Origin: an uncultured Candidatus Saccharibacteria bacterium
Lineage (GTDB): Bacteria; Patescibacteriota; Doudnabacteria; UBA920
Length of the DNA: 64,000 nt
Assembly (NCBI GenBank): GCA_964561085.1
Contig: CAZLNP010000001.1
Location: 10,213-74,212 of the forward strand
Direction: 5' to 3'
Every line of letters starts with the position of its first letter. Position 1 is the stretch's first letter. Under the pieces are notes generated by a model that did no database searches, had not been told where the DNA came from, and worked only from the letters and a program-made list of their open reading frames with translations. Position numbers and translations under genes: made by a program. Positions 48,687 through 59,259 of the stretch are shown piece by piece.

Positions 48687-48886
48687 TGACTATTATCAAC
48701 CGAGTTAAACAATTAAGATCAGAGAAAAGCATAACTCAAGAAGAGCTAGCTTCTGCTTGCGGGGTCTCCAGACAGACTGTTATTGCGATAGAAAAAGGAA
48801 ACTATACCCCATCTCTACTACTTGCACTACAAGTAGCGGAGTTTTTTGGTTTGCCCGTAGAAAAAGTTTTTGAAATCAAGAAGTAA
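48686..48886 (+). CDS. XRE-family HTH transcriptional regulator
   Basis: TQEELA...GVSRQTVIAIEKGNY.PSL.LA. Confidence 0.92.
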   Translation: MTIINRVKQLRSEKSITQEELASACGVSRQTVIAIEKGNYTPSLLLALQVAEFFGLPVEKVFEIKK

Positions 48887-48934
48887 ATTAAGTAGTATAA
48901 TTAAACTGAATCATTCACAAATAACAATCACACT

Positions 48935-49297
48935 ATGAAACTAATTCTTTACTATCTTACTTTACTTGTATTTATCGCCATCGTAACCGGCTTTGCACTT
49001 TCTCAAAACGGCGGCAGCATGGGCATGTCTCAAATGCTTGGAGTATCTGCGGCCTTAGTACTTTACACGGTAGCAATGTCTTTAATTGGTGAGGGACCTG
49101 CTACTGATGAACGAGAGACTCATCATAGATATGTTTCAAATCGTGCAGCCATGATTGCAGGGACGATTGTTTTCTCAGTCGGAATTATGTATCAACTTTT
49201 CATTTCGCATTCTTTGGACTACTGGCTACTGGTTGGATTAATTGCTATGAATCTAACAAAAATAGTTAGTTTAATTTATTTGGGATATAAGAAATAA
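48935..49297 (+). CDS. Small membrane protein (DERE motif)
   Basis: Four TM helices with a central DERE motif; follows the XRE regulator. Confidence 0.7.
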   Translation: MKLILYYLTLLVFIAIVTGFALSQNGGSMGMSQMLGVSAALVLYTVAMSLIGEGPATDERETHHRYVSNRAAMIAGTIVFSVGIMYQLFISHSLDYWLLVGLIAMNLTKIVSLIYLGYKK

Positions 49298-49327
49298 AAA
49301 AGGCCGCCATATCTGGCGGCTTTTTTA
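49297..49327. terminator. Bidirectional terminator
   Basis: AAAAAAGGCCGCCA-TATC-TGGCGGCTTTTTTT. Confidence 0.8.
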
Positions 49328-49346
49328 TCAGTGAATTGCCTAGATC

Positions 49347-52232
49347 CTATTTCAATATCGATTTCAAGTACTGTCCTGTATAACTACCTTTAACCTTAAC
49401 AACTTCTTCTGGAGTTCCAGCGGCTATTAACTGTCCGCCTTTATCTCCACCCTCAGGGCCAAGGTCGATAATCCAGTCAGCAGTTTTAATCATGTCCAAG
49501 TTGTGCTCAATTACCACAACGGTATTTCCCTTTTCTACCAACTGATTCAAAACGTAAATCAAACGTTTAACATCAGCAAAGTGGAGACCGGTCGTTGGCT
49601 CATCTAAAATGTAAAGTGTGCGGCCTGTTGATGCTCTCGATAGCTCAGTTGCCAACTTAATACGTTGCGCTTCCCCACCGGAAAGTGTTGTTGCGTTTTG
49701 ACCCAGATGCATATAGCCCAAACCAACTTCGGACAAAGTATCTAGTTTGCGTTTTACTGGAGGCACATTAGCGTAGAACATTTTTGCTTCATCAACTGTC
49801 ATTTGCAAAACATCAGAAATGGTTTTTCCATTGTAATGAATTTCTAAAGCTTCGCGGTTATAGCGCTTACCATCACACTCTTCACAAGTAATGTATACGT
49901 CTGGCAAGAAATTCATCTCCACCTTGATTACACCATCACCCTGACACTTCTCACAACGTCCACCCTTAACGTTAAAGCTAAAGCGGCCAGCTTTGTAGCC
50001 TTTCATTTTTGCTTCGCGTGTTTCAGCAAACAAGTCACGGATGTAAGTGAAGATTCCAGTGTATGTTGCAGGGTTTGAACGTGGCGTACGACCAATTGGA
50101 GATTGGTCGATGTTAATCATCTTATCGATGTGTTCAATTCCCAAAAGTTTTTTGTGTTCACCAGGTTCATCTTTACTGTTCCAGAAATACTTAGACAATG
50201 CCTTAGCAACGATATCATTTAGTAGAGTAGATTTTCCAGAACCGGAAACACCAGTCAAAGCTACGAACTTTCCAAGCGGGATATCCATGTTCACATTTTT
50301 CAAGTTGAACTCAGATGCGCCAACTACAGAAATCTTTTTACCGTTTCCAGCACGGCGGCGTTTTGGAATTTCAATTTCTTCTACTCCTGAAAGGAACTTT
50401 CCTGTTACAGAATTTTTATCTTTTTCAATTTGAGCTGGAGTACCTTCTGCTACTAACTCTCCCCCATGCTTACCTGCACCTGGACCAATGTCTACCACCC
50501 AATCAGATTCACGAATAGTTTCTTCATCGTGTTCTACAACAATTACAGTGTTTCCTAAGTCGCGAAGTTCTTTCAAAGTCTCAAGCAAACGAGTGTTATC
50601 ACGTTGGTGCAAACCAATAGAAGGTTCATCTAATATATAGAGTACGCCAGTTAGGCCAGAACCAATTTGAGTAGCCAAACGGATGCGCTGAGCTTCTCCA
50701 CCGGAAAGAGTATCTGCGCCACGATCTAGAGACAAGTAAGAAAGCCCTACGTTCAACAAGAAAGAAATACGTGCGGAGATTTCTTTTAGGATTAAATTAG
50801 CAATAGCCATCTCTTTGGCGTTTAGCTTCTTAGGCAGGCCGTCGAAGAATACAGCGGCATCTTCAATGGAAAGCTGGGAAACATCTACAATACCACGACC
50901 ATCAATAGTCACAGCCAACACTTCTGGCTTCAAACGCTTTCCACCACAAACAGGACACTTGCGAATACGCATGTAATTTTCAATTTCACTGCGCATGTAA
51001 TCAGAATCTGTTTCTTTATACTTACGCATCAAGTTTGGAACTACACCTTCAAAAGGTGCTTCATATGTTCCGCCGCCAAAGCGTGAGTCGGAAGGCATTT
51101 TAATTTTTTTGCCATCTGTTCCGTAAAGAACAATATCCAAAAACTTTTTAGGTAGATCTTTTACTGGAGTAGACACAGAGAATCCGAATTCTTTCCCAAC
51201 TGTTTCTAGCACTTTTGAATACCAAGACAGACGAGAAGTAGTTTTACTCCAAGGACGCACTGCCCCTTCAGCCAAAGTTAAACGCTGGTTAGGAATTACT
51301 AAGTCAGGTTCGATAGTAAGTTTAGTTCCAAGACCTTTACACTCTTCACAAGCACCATGCGGACTGTTGAAAGAGAATTCACGAGGATCAAGTTCTGTTA
51401 AAGCAACGCTATGCCCATTTGGACAAGCAAACTTTTGAGAGAATGGAATTTCTTGCTTGATCTTTTCGCCGTCCATGATTACTACATTGGCCAACTGATC
51501 CCCCAAGTCCAAAGCTTTTTCTAAACTTTCTGAAATACGACCACGGTCTTCAGCTGCAATAGCAACACGATCGACTATCACATCAACACTGTGCTTCTTT
51601 TGCTTGTCTAAGTTCAAACCCTGCGCTTCGGCGATGTCCATAATTGTGCCATCAACTCGAACACGAGCAAAACCAGATTTTTTAATCTGTTCAAAAACTA
51701 ATTTATGTTCACCTTTTTGATCTTTGATGAATGGTGCAAGCAACATCACACGAGTGCCTTCAGGCATATGCATCAAAGTGTCTACCATGGACTGTAAAGT
51801 TTGACCCATTACACGCTCACCACATTCTGGACAGTGAGGAATACCGACGCGAGCGTAAAGCAATCGAAGGTAATCGTAAATTTCAGTAACTGTTCCCACT
51901 GTAGAGCGAGGGTTATGTGATGCAGATTTTTGGTCGATAGAGATCGCTGGAGAAAGACCTTCAATTTTATCTACATCTGGCTTATCCATTAACCCAATGA
52001 ACTGGCGCGCATACGCCGAAAGAGACTCAACGTAACGACGTTGACCTTCTGCATATATAGTATCGAACGCAAGGGATGATTTACCGCTACCAGAAAGGCC
52101 TGTGATTGTAATCAGCTTGTTGCGAGGGAGGTCTAGATTAATATTCTTAAGGTTGTGCTGCCGGGCGCCACGAATAACGATTTTATCGCTAGTGTCTGCG
52201 GGTTTTTTGGGAGCTGTTTTTTTAGTAGCCAT
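49347..52232 (-). CDS. uvrA: Excinuclease ABC subunit A
   Basis: GARQHNLK, two ABC modules ([24 protein letters not shown]), Zn fingers; start moved to MATKK. Confidence 0.98.
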   Translation of the reverse strand: MATKKTAPKKPADTSDKIVIRGARQHNLKNINLDLPRNKLITITGLSGSGKSSLAFDTIYAEGQRRYVESLSAYARQFIGLMDKPDVDKIEGLSPAISIDQKSASHNPRSTVGTVTEIYDYLRLLYARVGIPHCPECGERVMGQTLQSMVDTLMHMPEGTRVMLLAPFIKDQKGEHKLVFEQIKKSGFARVRVDGTIMDIAEAQGLNLDKQKKHSVDVIVDRVAIAAEDRGRISESLEKALDLGDQLANVVIMDGEKIKQEIPFSQKFACPNGHSVALTELDPREFSFNSPHGACEECKGLGTKLTIEPDLVIPNQRLTLAEGAVRPWSKTTSRLSWYSKVLETVGKEFGFSVSTPVKDLPKKFLDIVLYGTDGKKIKMPSDSRFGGGTYEAPFEGVVPNLMRKYKETDSDYMRSEIENYMRIRKCPVCGGKRLKPEVLAVTIDGRGIVDVSQLSIEDAAVFFDGLPKKLNAKEMAIANLILKEISARISFLLNVGLSYLSLDRGADTLSGGEAQRIRLATQIGSGLTGVLYILDEPSIGLHQRDNTRLLETLKELRDLGNTVIVVEHDEETIRESDWVVDIGPGAGKHGGELVAEGTPAQIEKDKNSVTGKFLSGVEEIEIPKRRRAGNGKKISVVGASEFNLKNVNMDIPLGKFVALTGVSGSGKSTLLNDIVAKALSKYFWNSKDEPGEHKKLLGIEHIDKMINIDQSPIGRTPRSNPATYTGIFTYIRDLFAETREAKMKGYKAGRFSFNVKGGRCEKCQGDGVIKVEMNFLPDVYITCEECDGKRYNREALEIHYNGKTISDVLQMTVDEAKMFYANVPPVKRKLDTLSEVGLGYMHLGQNATTLSGGEAQRIKLATELSRASTGRTLYILDEPTTGLHFADVKRLIYVLNQLVEKGNTVVVIEHNLDMIKTADWIIDLGPEGGDKGGQLIAAGTPEEVVKVKGSYTGQYLKSILK

Positions 52233-52362
52233 GATAAAATTTGTATAAAGTTTATATAAAATACTTCTCAAGTAACTTTATTAACCCTAGCACCAAATAG
52301 ACAAAAAAACAAGAGCCTATGGAAGAAGAATTATCACCCTCAGTCAATGTTATAATACCTCT

Positions 52363-54231
52363 ATGAGTGCCTCCAAAAAAGATTCGAAATCCAAGCTAAA
52401 AGATAAGCTAAAAGACATTCCCCACAAGCCGGGAGTATATAAATACCTCGATAAAAATGGGGTTGTTTTGTACGTGGGCAAGGCTAAGGATTTGCGATCA
52501 CGTGTATCTCAATATTTTGGCACCAGCGACAACCGCGCCCAGCTCCCCTTCCTTTTAGCTGAGGCTGTCGATATTGAATATATAGTAGTGAACTCCGAGC
52601 TGGAAAGTTTGTTTTTAGAAAACACCTTAATTAAAGAGTACTTACCTGCTTACAACATCAAACTCAGAGACGACAAAAATTACGCCTTCATCAAAATTGA
52701 TTACTCTACTGAGATTCCGAGTATTACTTACGCGCGGAAAATTGAAGAAGACAAAATTCCAGACTCTCCTCACACAAAATATTTCGGCCCATACTCCTCC
52801 ACCGCTAAGATTCGCCAAACTTTAGATTTTGTTCGCCGCGTATTTCCGTATTGTGCAAATAAAGAAATTGGTAAACGCCCTTGCTTCTACTATTACTTAC
52901 ATAGGTGTCCTGGGGTTTGCACGGGCGTCATCAGTCTTAAAGATTACGAATTACAACTCAACAGAATTGCGCTTTTCCTAGCAGGCCGCAATGTTGAGAT
53001 AAAGAAAACTTTAGCCAAAGAGATGCGCAGCGCAGCAAAATGGAAGTATTTCGAAACAGCAGCGCGTTTGCGCGATCAACTAAAAGCCATTGAAGTACTA
53101 GATGAACGACAAGCAGTTCTTTTTTCTCAAAAAGTTTCTTGGGATTTCGTATCTGTTTTTGTTGATCCTATTTCTGCATGTGTAAACGTTTTCAAGGTAC
53201 GCGAAGGCAAACTACTCGACAAAGAAAATTTTGTCTATGACAACATCTTGCACGTTCCGGAAGAAAATCGAGAAAGCGAGATCCTACAAACATTTCTTGA
53301 AATGTATTATGCAACTGCAACCAATCTTCCAAAAGAAGTTTTTGTTCAAAGCCAAGTTACAAACGAACCTTTAGTGAAAACTTTGTTCGCTTCGAGAACA
53401 GCGTTAAACAAGATAAAAGCAAAAATTAAGTTGAACATGCCGACAAGAGGCCAAAAACTTAACTTAATAAACCTAGGCAGAACTAACGCCGAGGAATATT
53501 TACGAAAGTGGCAGCGAAGCCAAGCATCAAATATTCAAGCAAACCAAGAAACTTTAGAAAAACTAAAAGACCTCTTGAAACTACCCACAACGCCACGCCG
53601 TATTGAAGGTTATGACATCAGCAATACCCAAGGAACCAATCCCGTAGGCAGCATGGTGGTTATTAAAGATGGTCAGGCTGCTAAATCTGAGTATCGCAAA
53701 TTTAAAATTACATCTAAGCAAACTCCGGACGATTTTATGATGATGCGAGAAATGCTTACTCGCCGTCTAGCTCGCATGAAAAATCGTGACATCCCAGAGA
53801 AAGAGCAGTGGCCAATCCCCGACCTCATTGTTATAGATGGAGGCAAAGGCCAACTAGGAGTTGTGGTTGAAGTACTAGAAGAAGCAGGATTAAAAATTCC
53901 TATTGTTGGGCTAGCAAAACGGATTGAAGAAATCTTCCTCCCTCACAACACCACCCCGATTGTACTAGATCACAGCAATCCAGTTCTACAAATGCTGCAG
54001 CGTTTACGTGATGAAGCACATAGATTCGGCATCACTTTTCACAGAAGCCTGCGTAGCAAGCAAGCAGTAAAATCTATGTTAGACACAATCCCTGGAATTG
54101 GACCAAAGACAAAAAAACTTTTGAAACAAAAAGTTGGTACTGTTGATAAAATTCGCAAGGCACCGCTCGACGATTTAGTAGAACTAGTCGGCCCTGCAAA
54201 AGCCAAAATAATAAAAACCTACCTTAGTTAA
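52363..54231 (+). CDS. uvrC: Excinuclease ABC subunit C
   Basis: GIY-YIG domain (PGVY..YVGKAK), DISN, DGGKGQ, RDEAHRF, HhH. Confidence 0.97.
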   Translation: MSASKKDSKSKLKDKLKDIPHKPGVYKYLDKNGVVLYVGKAKDLRSRVSQYFGTSDNRAQLPFLLAEAVDIEYIVVNSELESLFLENTLIKEYLPAYNIKLRDDKNYAFIKIDYSTEIPSITYARKIEEDKIPDSPHTKYFGPYSSTAKIRQTLDFVRRVFPYCANKEIGKRPCFYYYLHRCPGVCTGVISLKDYELQLNRIALFLAGRNVEIKKTLAKEMRSAAKWKYFETAARLRDQLKAIEVLDERQAVLFSQKVSWDFVSVFVDPISACVNVFKVREGKLLDKENFVYDNILHVPEENRESEILQTFLEMYYATATNLPKEVFVQSQVTNEPLVKTLFASRTALNKIKAKIKLNMPTRGQKLNLINLGRTNAEEYLRKWQRSQASNIQANQETLEKLKDLLKLPTTPRRIEGYDISNTQGTNPVGSMVVIKDGQAAKSEYRKFKITSKQTPDDFMMMREMLTRRLARMKNRDIPEKEQWPIPDLIVIDGGKGQLGVVVEVLEEAGLKIPIVGLAKRIEEIFLPHNTTPIVLDHSNPVLQMLQRLRDEAHRFGITFHRSLRSKQAVKSMLDTIPGIGPKTKKLLKQKVGTVDKIRKAPLDDLVELVGPAKAKIIKTYLS

Positions 54232-54323
54232 TTGACTTTCAGTCAATTTATAAATATAATTTCATTAGTTCCTAATTTGTTGTACGGGAACTTGCTCGAA
54301 GTTTTTACCACAGGAGGACGTTC

Positions 54324-54668
54324 ATGAAGATTCTAACTTTCTGTCTGTTAGTTGTGCTCTTCTCTATTTCGTTGGCATCAGGAAATACCCTGCAGACCTC
54401 GGCTCGCGGTCATCCTCAAACATCCAAAGTCGTTACCGATCAATCGGCAGCGATTTCTGGCCATGGGAAGATCGTTATGGTTCGTCACGTTGCTTGGATA
54501 CCGCCGGTATTGATACTTGCTAATCACGAACCTTTTCGTTTGCATACCAAGTTCATTCCGCCGGCTCTACCCGACAAATCCCCTCCAGTGTTTAGGGAAC
54601 TTCCACTGATCGGGTGGAATAACGTAAACTGTTACGGAGGAACTGTCGCAAAATATGCCCGAGGCTAG
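54324..54668 (+). CDS. Hypothetical secreted protein (ORFan)
   Basis: Signal-peptide-like N-terminus; promoter TTGACT-17-TATAAT (54232-54260), AGGAGG SD, downstream hairpin. Confidence 0.55.
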   Translation: MKILTFCLLVVLFSISLASGNTLQTSARGHPQTSKVVTDQSAAISGHGKIVMVRHVAWIPPVLILANHEPFRLHTKFIPPALPDKSPPVFRELPLIGWNNVNCYGGTVAKYARG

Positions 54669-54788
54669 CTGCTTCAACAACAAAACAACAGTACGACGCC
54701 CAGAACATCGGGCGTCGTTTTTAATTGCCCGACCTTGACACTTTACCAGTAAATTACTACAATAAATTAGCTTTTTTAAACTTTACTT

Positions 54789-55019
54789 ATGAAAAACATC
54801 GCATATATTCTAACAATTATTGACATGGTAGTTATGGTCGCTTTGATCATTTCCGTGGCTTTGCAAAACAAATCATCTGGCCTATCCAACGTATTCGGTG
54901 GCGGTGGCGGAGTAGTATCTACTCGACGCGGTTCCGACAAATACCTGTTCTACGCAACAATCATTTTAGGTATTCTTTTCGCAGGAATAAGCCTAGCTGT
55001 TGTTTTGCTATCAAAATAA
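54789..55019 (+). CDS. secG: Preprotein translocase subunit SecG
   Basis: LQ....GL...FGG......TRRG..K, two TM helices. Confidence 0.92.
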   Translation: MKNIAYILTIIDMVVMVALIISVALQNKSSGLSNVFGGGGGVVSTRRGSDKYLFYATIILGILFAGISLAVVLLSK

Positions 55020-55045
55020 ATCCTAAACCCCGTTACTTTTAAAAA

Positions 55046-56803
55046 GTGAACTCACAACCCTACAACCGTAAATCTCTGTGGGGACAACTTATTGAAACAT
55101 TCAAACTTGTCCCCCACATTCGGCTTTCCGTCCTACGGAAGGTTTTTTCATTAATGGGGCGAAGAGAGAAAATGGTCCTTGCGATACTGTTAGTTTTGAC
55201 AGTCACTAGTGGAATTTTTAGTTTTGGAAGATTGTATGCAAACTACACTGAAGCAGTCCCCGCCGAAGGTGGCAGTTACCGCGAAGGAATTATTGGTCAA
55301 CCAAGATTCATAAATCCTTTACTTGCAACTACAGATACTGATCGATCAATAGTAAAATTAGTTTTTGCTGGACTCTATAAATTAGATGCGATCGGAAACG
55401 TAGTACCCGACATGGCTGAAGCTATGCCTGCTGTATCTGAGAATGGCCAAGAGTATACAGTTAAAATAAAGTCTAATTCTAAATGGCATGATGGCACTCC
55501 CGTTACAGCCGATGACATTGTCTTCACTGTACAGACACTTCAAAACGGTGATTTTAACAGTCCACGCCGTGGAGAGTGGCAATCAACTGTAGTTGAAAAA
55601 GTAGATGACAGCACAATTTTATTTAAACTTAATGCCCCTTCTGCTCCTTTTTTGAATAACTTAACTCTCCCTATAATAAGCAAAAAGAATTGGGAATCTG
55701 TTTCCCCTGCTGACTTTGTGTTGTCTTTAGGGAATATTGAAGCGGTGGGCAGTGGTCCTTACATAGTAAAAGAAGTGCGTAAGTCTACCCAAGGCACAGT
55801 GCAAAGCATTCATCTAGAATCTTTTTCGGACTATCACAATCGCCCCGCTTACATTGAAAGCGTGAAGTTAAGCTTCTACGAAGATATTGAAGGTGTCCTA
55901 ACCGCTATTCATGGCAAACAAATTGATGGCTTTGGGTTTAGCCCGTTCGATCAAAGTGTTCGCTTGGACGAAGACAATAATGAATTTAAGGTTACTCAAT
56001 TAGACCTGCCACAATACCAAGCAGTATTCTTTAACACAAGTAATAAATTATTTAGTGATGTGCGCGTGCGCAAAGCTTTGCAAACAGGTACTGACATCCA
56101 AACTATTATCAACACTGTTTACAATGGCCAAGGCCGAGCCCTAAATGGACCAATATTGCGCCAACACGTTGAAGGTTTACCAGATGCCATCATTAGTAAT
56201 GATTTAGAAAGCGCTAAAGCGCTACTAGACTCAGCTGGATGGAAACTTGATGAAGGCTCAAACGTACGCAAAAAGAATGGGGTTGAACTAGCCTTCACGC
56301 TATCTACAAATAACTTTGCTCTAAACACAAAAACCGCTGAGCTACTTGCGGGCCAATGGCAGAAACTTGGCGTTAAAGTGACTTTGAATATTCAACCTAC
56401 TAAAGAACTCACTGAGAACGCAATCCGTCCTCGTAATTACGATGCGCTTTTGTTCGCGCAAAAACTTGGTGCCGATCCAGATCCATTCCTATTCTGGCAT
56501 TCCAGCCAGGTTCGCAACCCAGGCTTAAACCTGTCTCTATATGCGAATACTAGTGCCGACAAGCTTATTAGTGAAGCTCGTGCAGCCACAGATAAAACTA
56601 TTCGCGATGAAAAATATCGTCTATTCCAAGATGTAATCCAAGCTGATGCTCCAGCTATATTCTTGGTGCAAAATGTTTTTTCATATGCGCAAAAGTCGGA
56701 TATCAAAGGTATCTCTTTAGACAGCCTATCAGATACCACAGCTCGTTTTTATGACCTTCCTAATTGGTATATAGATACAAAAAGGGTTTTAACTAAGCGG
56801 TAA
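55046..56803 (+). CDS. Family 5 ABC transporter substrate-binding protein (peptide type)
   Basis: WHDG.PVTADD..FT, GSGPY, DPDPF.FWHS. Confidence 0.9.
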   Translation: MNSQPYNRKSLWGQLIETFKLVPHIRLSVLRKVFSLMGRREKMVLAILLVLTVTSGIFSFGRLYANYTEAVPAEGGSYREGIIGQPRFINPLLATTDTDRSIVKLVFAGLYKLDAIGNVVPDMAEAMPAVSENGQEYTVKIKSNSKWHDGTPVTADDIVFTVQTLQNGDFNSPRRGEWQSTVVEKVDDSTILFKLNAPSAPFLNNLTLPIISKKNWESVSPADFVLSLGNIEAVGSGPYIVKEVRKSTQGTVQSIHLESFSDYHNRPAYIESVKLSFYEDIEGVLTAIHGKQIDGFGFSPFDQSVRLDEDNNEFKVTQLDLPQYQAVFFNTSNKLFSDVRVRKALQTGTDIQTIINTVYNGQGRALNGPILRQHVEGLPDAIISNDLESAKALLDSAGWKLDEGSNVRKKNGVELAFTLSTNNFALNTKTAELLAGQWQKLGVKVTLNIQPTKELTENAIRPRNYDALLFAQKLGADPDPFLFWHSSQVRNPGLNLSLYANTSADKLISEARAATDKTIRDEKYRLFQDVIQADAPAIFLVQNVFSYAQKSDIKGISLDSLSDTTARFYDLPNWYIDTKRVLTKR

Positions 56804-56817
56804 ACAAGTAAATTGAT

Positions 56818-57133
56818 TTGACACTTTCCCTTGTCCCGTGCTATAATGTTTTTACAAGTTAACTCTCAGTTTCTAAGTGGAAGCTCGTGTGACCGAAATT
56901 ACTCGGCACAACATTAGTTCCCATTTGGTAATTGTGAAGTGTTAGGCGGCCCCGGAAGCCACTTTCCTCACACCTAAAGATATAAAAATTAGTAAACAAA
57001 AGTTTTTTGTGTTTCCGCTTTTATTTGAGCCCTGCTCTTTTAATAACGGTTTCCGGAATTGCCGGCCTACATAGACAGACCCATGGTCTCGTTTACAGCC
57101 ACAAACTTAACGCTAAAACTTCGAAAGCAAATT
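56818..57133 (+). promoter_or_regulatory. Promoter and ~280-nt structured leader of the first RNase J gene
   Basis: TTGACA-18-TATAAT with extended TG (56818-56847); several hairpins before the ATG at 57134. Confidence 0.55.
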
Positions 57134-58957
57134 ATGATAAGCAAACCAACCGGGACTCCTAACGCCCGACCAGCGCCTAGACGAGTAGCGCCAACAAGTG
57201 CTGCGCCGCATCGTTCAGCTACAGCGACTCGCCCAACAGCGGTACCATCTTCCATCACTGCCCCAACAGGCAACTCAAAAGCAACGTTATCTCGCAACGT
57301 ACTTCGCGTTATTCCACTTGGTGGTTTAGAAGAAGTTGGTGCAAACATGATGGCTTACGAATACGGTGAAGATATTATTATCGTTGACTGTGGATTCGCG
57401 TTCCCAGATGAAACAACTCCTGGTATCGATTATATTATTCCAGAAACTAAGTACTTAGAAGATCGCAAGAAGAATATTCGTGCGATGTTCATTACTCATG
57501 GTCACATGGACCACATTGGTGCTATTCCCTACTTACTCGCTAAGTTAGGTGACCCACCAATTTACACAATGACTTTGTCTGCGGGTATGATCAAAAAACG
57601 TTTGGAAGAATTCAACTTGCAAGGTCGTGTTAAATTAAACGCTTTGACAGTTGATGACACAGTTCCAGTGGGCAACTTCCAAGTGAAGTTCTTCTCTGTA
57701 AACCACAACATTCCAGATTCTGTTGGTCTATCTATTAATACCCCAATCGGTCAGATCATTCACACTGGTGACTGGAAGTTTGACCACACTCCAATTAACG
57801 AACGCACTACGGACTTCCACAAGATTGCTACCTTTGGTGGTAATGGCGTGTTAGCTCTAATGTCTGACTCTACTAACGCTAACAAGCCTGGGTACTGTCT
57901 ATCTGAACGCGATATTGGTACAAGTATTGAGAGAATTTTCTCAGATGCTAAAGGTCGCATTATTTTTGCGAGCTTCTCATCTTTAATCTCTCGTATGCAA
58001 CAAGTTCTAGACTTCTCCGCAAAACATAACCGCAAAGTTATTGTGACCGGACGATCTATGGTTAACACTTTAGAAACTGCCATTTCATTGGGCTACCTAA
58101 AAGTTTTACCTAAACTGATCATCAAGTCTGAACAAGCTGCTAAATATCCTGATAACCAATTAACAGTTCTAACCACCGGTGCACAAGGCGAAGAAGCTTC
58201 TCAGCTAGCTCGCATGTCCCGCGGCGAACATCGTTCTATTAAGATTAAAACTGGCGATACTGTCATCATTTCATCTTCCCCTATTCCAGGTAACGAACGC
58301 TCCATTGTTGCTGTTCTAGATAACTTAACTCGCCAAGGCGCTACAGTTATTTATAACAAGATGCTGGACATTCACACCTCTGGGCATGCCCAACAAGAAG
58401 AATTGAAATTGATGATGCAATTAACCAAGCCAAAGTTCTTTGTCCCTATTCACGGTGAACACCACATGTTGGTTGGACACTCTAAATTAGCTCAAAGCAT
58501 TGGTATTCCTGAAAACAATTGTTTCGTTCTAGGTAATGGTTCCGTATTGGAGTTCAACGCTAACGGCGAAGCTCGTGTTCTTAATGAGAAGGTTGAATCA
58601 GGATATGTGTTCGTAGACGGACTGGGCGTTGGAGACGTTGGTGAAGTGGTTATTCGTGACCGCCAGCTAATGGCTCAAGACGGTATGTTCGTGATCATCT
58701 CTACAATTGATCGTAAAACAAGTAAGCTCGTAAATCCTCCCGAAATACTTTCACGAGGATTCGTTTACATGAAGAATAACGAAGAACTATTGAGAGAAGT
58801 TAAGCACGAAATCCGCAAGATGATCGAAACTCATGCTGGCAAAGGTGAAGCTGACTATGCTGACCTACGCCAAGAGATTCGTGATAGCGTTGGAGAGTAT
58901 CTATTCCAGAAGACTCAACGTCGTCCTATGATCTTGCCAGTTATTATTGAAGTTTAA
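57134..58957 (+). CDS. rnj: Ribonuclease J, copy 1
   Basis: PLGGLEEVG.N, THGHMDHIG, HTGDWK, SDSTNA, HTSGHA, PIHGE. Confidence 0.95.
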   Translation: MISKPTGTPNARPAPRRVAPTSAAPHRSATATRPTAVPSSITAPTGNSKATLSRNVLRVIPLGGLEEVGANMMAYEYGEDIIIVDCGFAFPDETTPGIDYIIPETKYLEDRKKNIRAMFITHGHMDHIGAIPYLLAKLGDPPIYTMTLSAGMIKKRLEEFNLQGRVKLNALTVDDTVPVGNFQVKFFSVNHNIPDSVGLSINTPIGQIIHTGDWKFDHTPINERTTDFHKIATFGGNGVLALMSDSTNANKPGYCLSERDIGTSIERIFSDAKGRIIFASFSSLISRMQQVLDFSAKHNRKVIVTGRSMVNTLETAISLGYLKVLPKLIIKSEQAAKYPDNQLTVLTTGAQGEEASQLARMSRGEHRSIKIKTGDTVIISSSPIPGNERSIVAVLDNLTRQGATVIYNKMLDIHTSGHAQQEELKLMMQLTKPKFFVPIHGEHHMLVGHSKLAQSIGIPENNCFVLGNGSVLEFNANGEARVLNEKVESGYVFVDGLGVGDVGEVVIRDRQLMAQDGMFVIISTIDRKTSKLVNPPEILSRGFVYMKNNEELLREVKHEIRKMIETHAGKGEADYADLRQEIRDSVGEYLFQKTQRRPMILPVIIEV

Positions 58958-58967
58958 AGTTAGTTTC

Positions 58968-59055
58968 GCAGAAGAATATTGATACGAAAACACGTCACCT
59001 TCGCCCTGCTACGCAGGTCGTGTTCCTATCGTTTTCTTAATCAATATTCTTCTGC
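58968..59055. repeat. Structured 3' element, copy 1 (56-nt core in a 16-bp stem)
   Basis: Stem 58968-58983/59040-59055; core 51/56 identical to 61078-61133. Confidence 0.85.
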
Positions 59056-59259
59056 TAAGAACTTTCATCTTCCCAACAACTGTTGGGGGTGAATGAGCGA
59101 AGAAAATTTTGAAAGATTTTCTCCATTCATTTGCTAAGGGTTTATAGTTGGGTGAGCCGTGGAGGCTACTTACGTAAACAGCAATATCTAATCAATTGCG
59201 ATGTCTCGGGTAAAAGGTGCGCGCATCTTCCGACTTACGTTGCCAAACTTAATTTAAAT

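Noticed and set aside
57059-57133. N-terminal extensions in the ORF track for rnj1 (also rnj2, uvrA, NUDIX, trpS and the ORFans at 36630 and 61220)
   Set aside because: They begin at TTG/GTG codons inside promoters or structured leaders; downstream ATGs fit better
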